A stretch of 64,000 bases of DNA. Source: Squalus acanthias (Eukaryota). Each line of letters begins with the position of its first letter. Positions within the stretch are counted from its first letter, which is position 1. Under the pieces are notes generated by a model. The model searched no databases. It was given only the letters and a program-made list of their open reading frames with translations, and was not told the origin of the DNA. The stretch lies in the NCBI GenBank assembly GCA_030390025.1, contig CM059432.1:109556001-109620000 (forward strand), written 5' to 3'. This document shows, piece after piece, positions 25,807 to 38,560 of the stretch. The translations under genes were made by a program, and so were the position numbers.

Positions 25807-26580
25807 ACATAGAAACATAGAAGATAGGAGCAGGAGCAGGCCATTCAGCCCCTCGAGCCTGCTCCGCCATTCAATGAGATCATGGCTGATCATCCAAATT
25901 CAGTACCCTGTCCCTGCCTTCTCTCCATATCCCTTGATACCTTTAGCCTTAAGAAATATATCTAACTCCTTCTTGAATATATTTACTGACTTGGCCTCAA
26001 CTGCCTTCTGTGGTAGAGAATTCCACAGGTTCACCACTCTCTGGGTAAGAAATTCCTCCTCACCTCAGTCCTAAATGGCTTACCCCTTATCCTTAGACTG
26101 TGACCCCTGGTTCTAGACTCCCCGGCCATCGGGAACATCCTTCCTGCATCTAGTCTGTCTAGTCCTGTTAGAATTTTATAAGTTTCAATGAGATCCCCTC
26201 TCATTCTTCTAAACTCCAGCGAGTATAAGCCCAAACGACCGAATCTCTCCTCATACGTCATTCCTGCCATCCCAGGTATCAGCCTGGTGAATCTTCGCTG
26301 CACTCCCTCCATGGCAAGGACATCCTTCCTCAGATAAGGTGACCAAAACTGCACACAATACTCAAGATGAGGTCTCACCAAGGCCCTGTACAACTGCAAC
26401 AAGACATCCTTGTTCCTGTACTCGAACCCTTTCGCTATGAAGGCCAACATACCATTTGCCTTCTTAACCACCTGCTGCACCTGCATGCTTACCTTCAGTG
26501 ACTGGTGCACAAGGACACCCAGGTCTCATTGCACTTCCCCTTCTCCCAATCTATTGCCATTCAGATAATAATCTGCCTTC
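25807..26580 (-). mobile_element. 5'-truncated CR1
   Basis: ORF 26031..26510; (ATAGAAAC)n tail; same subfamily as 19958-25093 and 44800-45558. Confidence 0.9.
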
Positions 26581-27014
26581 CTGATAGTTATAACCGCTCA
26601 GTTCTGGTGTCATTCTGGTAAATCCTTTTTGCACCTTCCTCAATGCCTCTATATCCCTTTTTTAATATGCAGACCAGAACTGTGCACAGTATTCTGTGTG
26701 GTCTAATCACTTTATATATTAATGACTTAGATAACACAAAAGAGAGCCATATATCTAAGTTTGCCGATGACACAAAGATTGATGGTATAAGTAATGGAAA
26801 TGGGAACATAAAATTACCAAGAGATATTGATAGATTAAGTAAGTGGGCAAAACTGTGGCAGATGGATTTCAACGCAGGTAAATGTGAGGTCATCCATATT
26901 GGACCAAAAAAGGATAGATCCAAGTTTCTTTTACTTGGCAAAAATCTAGGAACAGTGGAGCTACAAAGAGATTTAGGGGTTCATGTACACAGATCACTAA
27001 AATGTAGTAGTCAA

Positions 27015-28690
27015 CAATGTTCCTGTTAAGCTGTGCGGTCACGTTGCAACACAGCGGTCTGGAGACCCCGCGCAGACTTCTCACTGGCTTTTCCATGGGA
27101 ATAACCATGCATGCATGAAGATTTAAATAGGCCGTGCAGCCCGTTAAAGGGCGCATGCATGAAAAAAAATTACAGGGAATATTGGTATATAAACAGAAAA
27201 TGCTGTGAATACTCAGCAGGTCAGGCAGCATCTGTGGAGAGAGAAACAGAGTTAACATTTCAGGTCGATGACCCTTCGTCAGAACTGGAAAAGTTAGAGA
27301 TATACCAGGTTTTAAGCAAGTACAGAGGCAGGAAAGGGGGGAATGGGAGGAAAGAACAAAAGGGACGGTCTGTGATAGGGTGGAAGGCAGGAGAGATTAA
27401 AAGACAAAAGGGATGATGGTGCAAGGCAAAAGGAGATGGTAATGGGACAAGTAAAGAAACAAAAGATGAGTCTCAAAGAGGTGTAAATTGGAATGGCGGA
27501 ATACACTTCCTCCCACACCGCTTCCTGTAAGAAATCTATTCCATTCTCCCAGTTTCTCCGTCTCTGTCGCATCTGCTCTGACGATGCCACCTTCCATACT
27601 AGTGCTTCCGACATGTCTTCCTTTTTCCTCAACTGAGGATTCCCCTCTACCGTGGTTGACATGGCCCTCGACCGTGTCCGTTCCATTTCCCACACTTCTG
27701 CTCTCACCCCTTCCCCTCCCTCCCAGAACCACGATAGGGTTCCCCTTGTCCTCACCTTTCACCCCACCAGCCTCCCGCCATTTTTGCCACCTCCAGCGTG
27801 ATCCACCACGAAACACATCTTCCCCTCCCCTCCCCTCAGCATTCCAAAGGGACCACTCCCTCCGCGACACCCTGGTCCACTCCTCAATTACCCCCAACAC
27901 TCCCTCCCCTTCCCACGGTACCTTCCCATGCAAGCACAGGAGATGCAACACCCGCCCTTTTATCTCCTCCCTTCCCACTGTCCAGGGCCCCAAACACTCC
28001 TTCCAGGTGAAACAGCGATTTACTTGTACTTCTGGCAATTTAGCATACTGTATTCGCTGCTCACGATGCGGTCTCCTCTACATTGGGGAGACCAAACGCA
28101 GATTGAGTGACCGCTTTGCGGAACACCTCCGTTCAGTCCGTAACTGTTACCCCGAGCTCCCGGTGGCCTGTCACTTTAATTCTCTGTTCCACTCCCACTC
28201 TGACCGCTCCATCCTCGGCCTCTTGCACTGTTCCAACGAAGCTCAACGAAAGCTCGAGGACCAGCACCTCATCTTTTGATTAGACACTTTACAGTCTCTG
28301 GACTCGACATCGAGTTCAACAATTTCAGATCATAACCCTTGCCCCCATTTTTTTCACATGGCAGCTGATTCTGCTATTCCCATTTACACCTCTTCGAGAC
28401 TCATCTCTTGTTTCTTTACTTGTCCCATTACCATCTCCTTTTGCCTTGCACCATCATCCCTTTTGCCTTTTAATCTCTCCTGCCTTCCATCCTATCACAG
28501 ACCTTCCCTTCTGTTCTTTCCTCCCCTCCCCCCTCTCCCTGTCACTGTACTTGCTTAAAACCTGGTATATCTCTAACTTTTTTCAGTTGTGACGAAAGGT
28601 CATCGACCTGCTGAGTATTTCCAGCATTTTCTGTTTTTATTTCAGATTTCCAGCATCTGCAGTATTTTCCTTTTGTATTAGGGAACATTG
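27015..28690. mobile_element. Small hAT-like MITE (~170 bp, 27015-27184); right TIR duplicated by the Penelope insertion
   Basis: TIR CAATGTTCC / GGGAACATTG; 8-bp TSD GTAGTCAA / GTAGTCAG. Confidence 0.65.
27188..28679. mobile_element. Penelope-like insertion with an inverted left arm (27188-~27500 minus; ~27501-28679 plus)
   Basis: GIY-YIG ORF 27488..28279; TSD AGGGAATATTGGTA / AGGGAACATTGGTA (14 bp). Confidence 0.88.
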
Positions 28691-29220
28691 GTAGTCAGGT
28701 AGAAAAAAAATTCAAAAAGGCTAATGGAATGTTAGGTTCTATAACTAGAGGGTTAGAACGCAAAGGGTATGAAGTTTTGCTACAGCTATACAAAGCCTGG
28801 TTAGATCACATCTGGAGTACTGTGTGCAGTTCTGGGCACCGCAACTTAGAAAGAATATATTGCTCTTGGAAGGAGTGTAGCGCAGATTCACTAGACTGTT
28901 ACAGTGCTCCAAGGGAGGGATTACATAAACTAGGCTTGTATTCCCTGGAGTATAGAAGGTTAAGGGGTGATTTGATTGAGGTTTTTTGATTTTGAAAGTA
29001 ATTGATAGGGTTTAGAGAGAGAAATAGTTTCCCGCTGGTAGGGGAGTCTAGGACAGGGGGACATAACCTTAAAATTAGAGCCAAGCCATTCAGTAGAGAA
29101 GTTAGAAAACAGTTCTTCATGCAAAGGGTGGTAGAAGTATGGAACACTCTCCCACAAAAAGTAGTTGATGCTAGCTCAACTAATAATTTTAAATCTAAGA
29201 TCGATAGATATTTGCTAGAC

Positions 29221-29808
29221 AACAACAACTTGTATTTATATAGCACCTTTAACTTAGTAAAACGTCCCAAGGCGCTGCACAGGAGTATTTTAAGACAAAA
29301 AATTTGACACCAAGCCACATAAGGAGAAATTAAGGCAGGTGACCAAAAGCTTGGTCAAAGAGGTAGGTTTTAAGGAGTGTCTTAAAGGAGGAAAGAGGTA
29401 GTGAGGCGGAGAGGTTTAGGCAGGGAATTCCAGAGCTTTGGGCCTAAGCAACAGAAGGCACGGCCACCAATGGTTGAGCGATTATAATCAGGGATGCTCA
29501 AGAGGGCAGAATTAGAGGAGCGCAGATATCTTGGGGGGGTTGTGGAGCTGAAGGAGATTACAGAGATAGGGAGGGGCGAGGCCATGGAGGGATTTGAAAA
29601 CAAGGATGAGAATTTTGAAATTGAGGCACTGCTTAACCGGGAGCCAATGTAGGTCAGCGAGCACAGGGGTGATGGGCGAACAGGACTTGGTGCGAGTTAG
29701 TACAGGGCAGCCGAGTTTTGGATGACCTCAAGTTTACGTAGGATGGAATGTGGGAGGCCACCCAGGAGTGTGTTGAAATAGTCAAGTCTCGAGGTAACAA
29801 AGGCATGG
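29221..29808 (-). mobile_element. L2-clade LINE 3' fragment
   Basis: [30 protein letters not shown], tail GGTGCTATATAAATACAAG(TTG)n. Confidence 0.85.
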
Positions 29809-29934
29809 ACAAGGGTATAAAAGGATATGGAGCCACGGCAGGTGGACGGAGTTAAGATACAGATCAGCCGTGATCTCAAGCTCGAGTGGCTGAATAACCT
29901 ACTCCTGTTCCTATATACCTATTATTTCTATGTA

Positions 29935-31470
29935 AGTTTAGCATAACTTTTCTGGTTTTCAATATTTATTCCTCTAGAAATTAACCCCAGTGCTTTGTTT
30001 GTATTGTTTTATGGCCTTGTTAACCTGCGTTGCCATTTTAATGATTTGTGAATCTGAACTCCTAGATCCCTTTGCTCCTCTGCCCCATTTAAACTCTTAT
30101 TTTCCTAGGAGTATGTGTTCCTTCTACCAAAATACAGCACCTCTCATTTATCTATATTGACATTCATTTGCTAATTACATGCCCATTTTGCAAGTTTATT
30201 AATGTCTTCTTGTATTTTGTCACAGTCTTCTGCAGTATTAACTATACCCCAATGTAGTATCATCTGCAAATTTTGAAATTGTACTTCTGATTCCCGAGTC
30301 CAAATCCTTTATGTAAATGGTGCCAGCACCGATCCCCGTGGAACACCAATTCCCACCTTCTGCAAGTCTGAGTAACTGCCATTAACCCCTACTCTGTTTT
30401 CTGTTTTGTAGCCAGCTTGCTATTCATTCTGCTACTTGTCCCCTGACTCCACATGTTCTGACCTTAATCATGAGTCTACTATGTAGTACCTTATCGAGGG
30501 TCTTTTGAAAATCCAAATATGTTACTTCTACTACATTACCCGTATCTACTCTTTCTGATACTTCCTCAAAGAATTTAATAAAAAGAAAAATTTACATTTA
30601 TGTAGCACCTTTCATGACCTCAGGATGTCCCAAATTAATTTACAGCCAATGAAGTACTTTTGAAATATAGTCACTGTTGTAATGTAGGAAAATAAGATTG
30701 GTCAAGCATGATCTTTCCTTTTGGAATCTGTGTTGACTACTCTTTATTATATTTTTGGTTTCTAGCTGTTTTTCTATTGCATCTTTGGGTAAAGATTCCA
30801 TTATTTTTCCTACCACCAATGTTAAGCTAACTGGTCTATAGTTCCTTGGACTCATTCTATCTTCCATTTTAAATATAGGATTAACATTTGCTGTCCGCCA
30901 GTCTTCTTGTACTATTCCCTGTTCTAATGAATTTTTATATATGTAATAGTGCCACTGCTATCTCTTCCCTTTCTTCTTTTAGTATGCATGGATGCAATCC
31001 ATCTGGGCCAGGGGTTTTATCCTCTCTGAGTTTGACTAGTTCATCAATTATCTCCCTCCTTTCTATCTTAAATGTCTTGTTATCTTTTTTGATCTCATCT
31101 TCTAATGTCATGTCCATCATGTTAGTCTCCCTGGTAAATACCAAGGCAAAGTAACTATTCAATATTTCTGCCATTTCGCTGCCGATTACCTGTGAGTTTC
31201 TCTTGTGCATTCCTTAGTGGCCCGATCCCTATCCTGATTTTCCTTTTGTTATTTATGTGTCTGTAGAATACTTTATTTATATTTATATTCCTTGATATTT
31301 TAATTTTGTAGTTCCCCTTTGCCTTCCAAATTGTTTGTTGACTTCTTTCCTAATCTCTTCATGTTCCTTTCTGTCATCCTCTCCTTTATTGTTTATGTGC
31401 TTAGTGTTTGCCTTTTTCTTTAGTTTCAATTTCACCCTTATCTCTTTATTCATCCATGGTGTCTCATTAT
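29935..31470 (-). mobile_element. Old degraded CR1 with a DeuSINE tail inserted at ~30580-30690
   Basis: KTPGPDGLHP and NYRPVSLT remnants. Confidence 0.75.
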
Positions 31471-31474
31471 TGGC

Positions 31475-33075
31475 TCGTTTACAGCCTACCAATCCGAAAA
31501 TGATCCATTTATTCCTACTCTCTGTTTTCTGTCCATTAACCAATCCTCAATCCATGCTAGTATATTACCACCAATCCCATGAAAAATTCCATAGATTCTA
31601 GAACGGTTCCCGCAGATTGGAAGGTAACAAATGTAACCCCATTATTTAAGAAAGGAGGGAGAGCGAAAATTTTGAACTACTGACCAGTTAGCCTGACATC
31701 AGTAGTAGGGAAAATGCTAGAATCTATTATTAAGGACGTGGTAACAGGGCCCTTAGAAAATAATAATAGGATTGGGCAGAGTCAACAAGGATTTATGAAA
31801 GGGAAATCATGTTTGATGAATCTGTTAGAGTTTTTTGAAGTTGTAACTAGCAGAATAGATAATGGAGAACCAGTGGATGTGGTGTATTTGGATTTACAGA
31901 AGGCATTCGATAAAAAGCCACACAAGAGGTTATTAAACAAAATTAGAGCTCATGGGATTGGGGGTATTATATAGCAGGGATTGAGGATTGGTTAATGGAC
32001 AGAAAACAGAGTAGGAATAAACGGGTCATTTTCGAGTTGGCAGGTTTTAACTAGTGGGGTACCGCAATGATCAGTGCTGGGGCCTCAGCTATTCACAATC
32101 TACATCAATGATTTGGATGAGGGGACCAAATGTAATATATCCAAGTTTGCTGATGATGCAAAGCTGGGTGGGAATGTAAGTTGTGAGGAGGATGCAAGGA
32201 GGCTTCAAGAGGATATAGATAGGCTTAGTGAGTGGGCAAGAACATGGCAAATGGAATATAATGTGGTGAAATGTGAAGTTATCCACTTTGGTAGGAAAAA
32301 TAGAAAAGCAGAGTAATTTTTAAATGTTGAGAGATTGGAAAATGTTGGTATTCAGAGAGACCTGGGTGTCCTTGTACACGAATCACTGAAGGTTAACTTG
32401 CAGGTACAGCAAGCAATTAGGAAAGCAAATGGTATATTGGCCTTTATTACAAGAGGATTTGAGTATAAGAGTAAAGACATCTTACTGCAATTATATAGGG
32501 CCCTGGTGAGACCACACCTGGAGTATTGTGTACAGTTTTGGTCTCCTTACCTAAGGAAGGATATACTTGCCATAGAGGGAATGCAGCGAAGGTTCACCAG
32601 ACTGGTTCCTGGGATGGGGTGATTGTCCTATGAGGACAGATTGAGTAGACTAGGCCTATATTCTCTAGAGTTTAGAAGAATGAGAGATGATCTCATTGAA
32701 ACATACAACATTTTTACAGGGCTTGACAGGGTAAATGCAGGGAGGATGTTTCCCCTGGCTGGGGAGTCTAGAACAGGGGTCACAGTCTCAGAATAAGGGG
32801 TCAGCCATTTAGGACTGAGATGAGGTGAAATTATTTCACTCAGAGGGTGGTGAATCTTTGGAATTCTCTACCCCAGAGGGCTGTGGAGGCTCAATCGTTG
32901 AGTATATTCAAGACAGAGATCGATAGATTTTTGAATATTAAGGGAATAAAGGGATATGGGGGTAGTTCAGGAAAGTGGAGATGAGGTAGAAGATCAGCCA
33001 TGATCTTATTGAATGGCAGAGCAGGCTTGAAGGGCCGAATGGCCTACTCCTGCTCCTATTTCTTATGTTCTTATG
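31475..33075 (+). mobile_element. Truncated CR1 (31585-33075) preceded by an inverted ~105-bp CR1 piece
   Basis: RT ORFs 31714..32622; tail TTCTTATGTTCTTATG; 31475-31580 is the reverse complement of sequence like 31950-32050. Confidence 0.88.
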
Positions 33076-33960
33076 TTTGTTCTTGTTTTTTAATGAATAT
33101 ATTTTATTGAATATATTTCTCCTGAACTCTATTGATTTCCTTTATAAATATTTCCGACTGTTTTTCTATCTCTTTATCTGTCAGAATTGTAAATCACTAC
33201 AAAATAACATCTTCACAAAATGTACGTGTAATAAATATTTTATAAGTATTTGTAAAAGGGTACAATCCACAGCATTTGCGACATTAATAAGGTTAGGGCT
33301 ACAATATGAAACAGATGATTGAGAAACTCTTCAGTACTACACATCAGAAGGTAAATGTTACCATTTAGTGCCTCAATGCAGAACCGCTCCTATGGGGCGC
33401 GAACTGAAGCACAGAGTTCGCTGCCTACGATTTGCAGCTCACGTAATTTTTACGTCCACTCATAATATCACAAAGTGGACTGCTGACCTCCGTGGTTGAA
33501 TTCCAGGCACGTGCTCACATCACGCGTAAATCTGCACAGAAAACATAAATCCCATGAAATTCGGCACCTTAGCACTGTTAGTTATGGCCCTTTTGGGTGT
33601 CAGCCTCGTTTCCACCCACTTCCAGTGTGGCCTGCGCTGTTTGCCATCTTGGTGAGGGCGATAGCGTGTGCGTATGCCGGCAGTATGCAGAGTAGGCAGA
33701 TCGTATCATAAGTCAGCATGTAACCTTGATTTGACACACGACCTGCCATTTTGGACGTCACTGCTCCATTCAACGCCCTCTCCTAAACATGCACACGAGG
33801 GACCCCACCCCCACCAGTGCTATTTAAAGGGAAACATCGAACTTGCAGGTAAGTTGATTATTTCTCTTATACTGACTCTTGCAGAGTTTGTAGGAGTACT
33901 GGGCTGCTGGAAGACATTTCAAAAGTTGTTACAGGAGTTGTTACACCACTTGCTCCCAGT

Positions 33961-34523
33961 CATGGGGGCTCTAGTTGCAGATCCCTCGTGTTGCAGCATG
34001 ACAGGGAGGTGGAGCAGAGGCAGCAAAGAAGACAAGCTGCTTGCAGAGGGAGGAGGAGGAGGAGGGCTCTCAGCATGAGTCTTTACCCACCTCGGGTCTT
34101 CAGGGAGCATTTCTCCTACCTGCACCTAAGCCAGGGGCAGTGTGTTCGGCAGCTCCATTTCACTAAGGAGGTGGTCACAGAACTCTGGCTCGTGACTCCC
34201 CTCCGCAACCCCACCACTCATATAATGACAGCCATGCTTCCATGAGGAACGTCATCGAGTAGACCATCGGGGTGCTAGAGCAACGGTTTAACTACCTTGA
34301 CCGCTCGGTAGGAGCCCTCTAGTACTCGCAAGTGTCCCAATTCGTGGTGGTCTTCTGCATTCTCCACAACTTGGCCATCATGAGGGCACACCCCTCGCCA
34401 CGACGGGTTCCACGACCACCTGAGGAGGAGGAGAAGGAGGAGGAGGAAGGGAGGAGGCAGCCTGCAAATCAATGTTCCAGATGGGCTGTCCATGAGTGCA
34501 TCATCAGACTCCGCTTCCCCTGA
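33961..34523 (+). pseudogene. Harbinger (HARBI1-like) transposase with an internal deletion
   Basis: YPPRVFR..LHFTKEVVTEL fused to WLVTPLRNP; then VIE*TIGVLEQRF and CILHNLA; aligns with 48620..49771. Confidence 0.85.
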
Positions 34524-34809
34524 ATTAACCACCAGATTCCCATTGCTCAACATTTCTCCACCTTACTATCCCTCTGTCATGGAACATCACAGCGTCCTCT
34601 TGGCCACAATGCTGAAATGAAAGCCACCACAAAACAAACATTCCAAACATAATTTATAAATGATTCATTCCAATACTACATAATAACGTCAACTAATCAC
34701 CCTTGTGCATTCCCTTAGTGCTTGTCTTCAGTGTGCCTTTGCCAGTGCTAGTGCTCCTATGAAGTGCTACCCCAGTGGCTGCTGCAAGGCTGGTGGAAGG
34801 CTGCTGAAC

Positions 34810-36985
34810 TTAAGTGGGCGAGACTGCAGATGGCCTTGCAGGACAACCTCGAGCAGCTCTGGGCCTAGAAGGCCCGGCTGTAGACTGTACCACCTCGGCA
34901 TGGGCAGCAGCAGTCGGGGCTGGCTGATAGGCAACAGCAAAGGCACTGGCGGAGTGGCAGTGGTGGGCAAATGCTGTCATCCTGTGAGTGAACAGCAGGT
35001 TCTTGCCCCAGGGCAGCGCCTCAGCATTCCTAGCCATCTGTTGGAGGACAGATTGCTGGACTGCTGTGACACCCTGCAAGCACCTTTCCACACTGCTAAA
35101 CGCAGCCGCGATGGCAGCAGTCTGAGCTTGTGTGGCAGCAAGCTGAGCCTGTATGGGAGCAGTCTGAGCTTGCATGACCGAAGTCTGAGCTTCCACTGCA
35201 GCATTCAGATGTTAGGTCACTTCTGGTTGTGCTGTAATGGAAGCTGAGACATCGCCCATCAAACTCTGCATCATGGTTGGGTCCACAAGTGCTCTAATAA
35301 GAGTTGCCCATCACTTCCATCCTAGAGATCATGAGCTACAAGTTCTGCGCAAAGCCCTGTGCAAGATTGGAGCCAGCTTCCTCCATGCTCCTTGACCATG
35401 ACAACAGGCTCTCTGGCAGGCCTGCCAATGCACCAAGCATTTCTGTGTGCATGTCCATCACCCTTCTTCTGAAAGGCCGCCCCATTGAAGTCATCTTCTG
35501 AGTCCTCTGCTGCAGAACTCGTGTGCGACCTAGCACTCCAGGGAGCTGGAACCTGTGTTACCCTTTGCCCCTGCCCTGGCTGCAGGCCACTTGTGCCCGG
35601 TGACTCACAACGTGCAGATCCCACCTCTATACAACCCTCTAAAGTATGCACAGTGCCAGCTTCTTGGCTGGTGCCTGCGAGTGTCAGATCAAGTGACGGT
35701 GTCTCTTATAGAATCATAGAGTCATAGAAAGTTACAGCACGGAAGGAGGCCATTTCGGCCCATCGTGTCCGCGCCGGCCAACAAAGAGCTATCCAGCCTA
35801 ATCCCACTTCCCAGCTCTTGGTCCGTAGCCCTGCAGGTTAGAGCATCCCAAGTGCACATCCAAGTACTTTTTAAATGTGGTTAGGGTTTCTGTCTCTACC
35901 ACCCTTTCAGGCAGTGAGTTCCAAACCCTCACAACCCTCTGGGTGAAGAAATTTCCCCTCAAATCCCCTCAAAACCTTCCACCAATTACTTTAAATCTGT
36001 GCCCCCTGGTTTTTGACCCCTCTGCGAAGGGAAATAGGTCCTTTCTATCCACTTCATCTCTGCCCCTCATAATTTTATACACCTCAATAAGGTCTCCCCT
36101 CAGCCTCCTCTGTTCCAAGGAAAACAGACCCAGCCTATCCAGTCTTTCCTCATAGCTCTTCTCCATCACTCTCCTCTTGTTCTTCCTGCAGTGGCTGGGC
36201 TGGTTGGAGTTCTTGGGTATCTGAAAGGAGAAAGGCACAAGGGTAGGGTTGTGGTGAGGGGAGGGGGGAAAGAAAGATGTGCATGCTTACACAATCAGCA
36301 GCTTGTAAGTGAGGAGAGATTGTGGGATGAGGGGGAAGTGGGATGTGAGAAGGAGGATTAGGTATGAGCATACCATCATCATCAATGCTTTCATCCAATG
36401 ATGTCTAGAACTGTCTCCTCCAGCTGGCTCAGGAAATGCAGCCTGCTCCCTGCTCGTTAGCTGCCACCTTGGCCTGCAAGAGAAAGGGAAGTGTGTCAGT
36501 GCGTGTAGTGCAATGTGTTTAACTGATGTGGCTGTCATGGTTGAATAGCTGGCAGTGTGTGCAAGCTGTGAGGTGTGGATGTGAGGCTTGCAACAGTGGA
36601 AAGTGTGTGAGGATGAGGTGAAGCTCTGATTGTGAGGTATGAGTTGTGATTGACAGAGATTGTTGGTAGGTGAGTGATGGGTGTGTGGTGCATTGAGCAG
36701 TGTGTGAGGCTAGTGTTGCAGTTGGTGGGATATGGCATTTAAAGATGCATTCACTGACCTTGACCACTTGTGTGAGGTCATTAATCTTCTTTTGCCACTG
36801 GGGGAAAGACTGGTAGTACTGACCGCTTCAGCAATCTGCTCCCACTGCCTTCTTACAGTCAGTCTGCAGGGCCTCCTGGCCTCCTGTGGGTAGGGGACCT
36901 GTCCCCTCCTTTCGACCCCCTGCACTAAGGCCTCCAGTGCTGCGTCTGGGAACCAAGGTGCCCTTTCTCTGCCCTGTTGAGCCAT
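34810..36985 (-). pseudogene. Harbinger Myb/SANT-like (trihelix) DNA-binding gene, multi-exon, disrupted by a CR1
   Basis: MAQQGRERAPWFPDAALEALVQGV..RQWEQIAEAV; acceptor TTTCAG at ~36222; frame DGEE|TPS restored by removing the CR1. Confidence 0.75.
35708..36155 (-). mobile_element. 5'-truncated CR1 inside the Myb exon
   Basis: CR1 3' end plus tail; TSD CTCTT. Confidence 0.9.
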
Positions 36986-37025
36986 AACTACCTTCCAGTT
37001 TCCTTTACAACAATTACAATGAGGT

Positions 37026-37188
37026 AAAAACAGAAACAGAATTAACGTTTCAGGTCGGTGACCTTTCGTCAGAGTTCTGAAACGTTAACCCTGTTTCTCT
37101 CTCCAAAGATGCTGCCTGACCTGCTGAGTATTTCCAGCATTTTCTGTTTTTATTTCCGATTTCCAGCATCCGCAGTATTTTGCTTTTG
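37026..37188. mobile_element. Miniature Penelope insertion (terminal repeats only, inverted)
   Basis: Same ends as the larger copies; 14-bp TSD AATTACAATGAGGT (37012-37025, 37189-37202). Confidence 0.88.
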
Positions 37189-38039
37189 AATTACAATGAG
37201 GTGCTTATTTCAGAAAGTGCCTCCCCTTTAAGAAGTGCAGACTGCGTTTCAAACTGCAGGCTAGCTTTAAATAGAGATCACTTCTCCCAAAGTGGCTCTC
37301 TGCTGAGCGCTCCGCCAACCAGCCGCTCTCAGTGCTGGGGTCAGCGCTTCAATCATGTTAATTAGTAGGCAGCATGAATGTCATTACTTTCAACGGGCGC
37401 GGGCAGATTGCGCATCGCAATCCCTGCATCCATTTTTGGGCCTTATGAATTTAGCCCCCAAAATCTGTCCCCTCGGACACCATGTCAGGTGGGAGTCATG
37501 TGCAGCTTTTATATGAAATGAAAATGAATGCCAAACCATTCTACCTTTTCCTTCTCTATAATGAAGGTGTAAATAGTGCAATCGTTTTATGCCAAATCAA
37601 TGCAGAAAATTTAAAGCCAGGAAAATTGGGGCTGTTAGACTGGAGTCAGAACCTCCTCCCCTTATAGAAGAAGTTTGATATTTACACATGATAGACCAAA
37701 ACTCCATTGTACCTATGGCACCAGGCGTCAATATTAAGTTGCAGCCATTAAACTGTTTCTGAGGAGCCAGCTATCTATCCATCATTCTCCTTCAAAGAGC
37801 TTTATTACATTCGATTGCCTCAGAATGAAAGCTTGAAAGTGCACTCCCTGGGAAGCGCACGTCAATGTATATTATTTTCAGCCAATGGTCACACACCATT
37901 TATGCTTTGATGGAACAGTAACCCTTGCTTTTTATGTCAAAGGGTTGATAGTGGTCACACGAAAGGCCAGTAATTTGGAAAAACATTAATTGCCTCTGTC
38001 ACTGGGTATCAGTGACCTCCTTAACGAAGCAAAGTGGCT

Positions 38040-38560
38040 GATCCCTGTATCCTGTAGGAGCTAGATGAAAAAAGTCCAGACCAAAGCAAAAAGACCAAAG
38101 TCCAGCTCATTTGCCATCTGCCAATCTGGTAGTCACATGATACAACGATACTGGAGTTGTTGACTAATCAGAGCAATCAATCTCGATCAATTAGTCTACA
38201 ACAGACATGACACAAGGAAAACCCCAGTGGTAGAAAGCTTTGGGAACCATAGATTCTGGTGCCTGGAAGATCACTTTGCCATGGATGTTGAGGGTAGTGA
38301 TGGCTTTCATTGCTTCGAGTAGTGTGATATAGATGGTTGTCTCTCTCTGAAAGTATCAGGTGGCACATTTCTGTTGCTGACTCCTTGCTGAGACTGAGCC
38401 ACCTCAGGCGCAGCTCTTCCATCATTCCAGCAGATCAGCTACCTGCTGTAGTTCCTAGAGAGAATCAGGAGTCTCCTCTGTGCTCTTGTTCTAACCCACT
38501 TTCATAATTTCTTCCTCCTCCTGTTCCATTATGAGAGACCCAGCACAGGCTATACCCATG
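38040..38560 (-). pseudogene. Ancient Harbinger transposase relic
   Basis: LRLRWLSLSKESATEMCHLI resembles VRRLRFSKESIGRICEML of 48620..49771. Confidence 0.55.

Larger units (their letters stand above)
19209..26705 (-). mobile_element. Old CR1 3' fragment, split into 19209-19571, 25537-25806 and 26581-26705 by later insertions
   Basis: Collinear CR1 3' sequence resumes after each insert. Confidence 0.75.
26706..29930 (+). mobile_element. Old CR1 fragment interrupted by a hAT MITE, a Penelope and an L2
   Basis: YINDLD..FADDTK (26643..27029); resumes at ~28691 and again at ~29810. Confidence 0.8.
33575..37459. mobile_element. Decayed two-gene PIF/Harbinger transposon (left end uncertain)
   Basis: Convergent transposase and Myb/SANT remnants; right TIR-like GAATTTAGCCCCC at 37447-37459. 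Confidence 0.8.
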
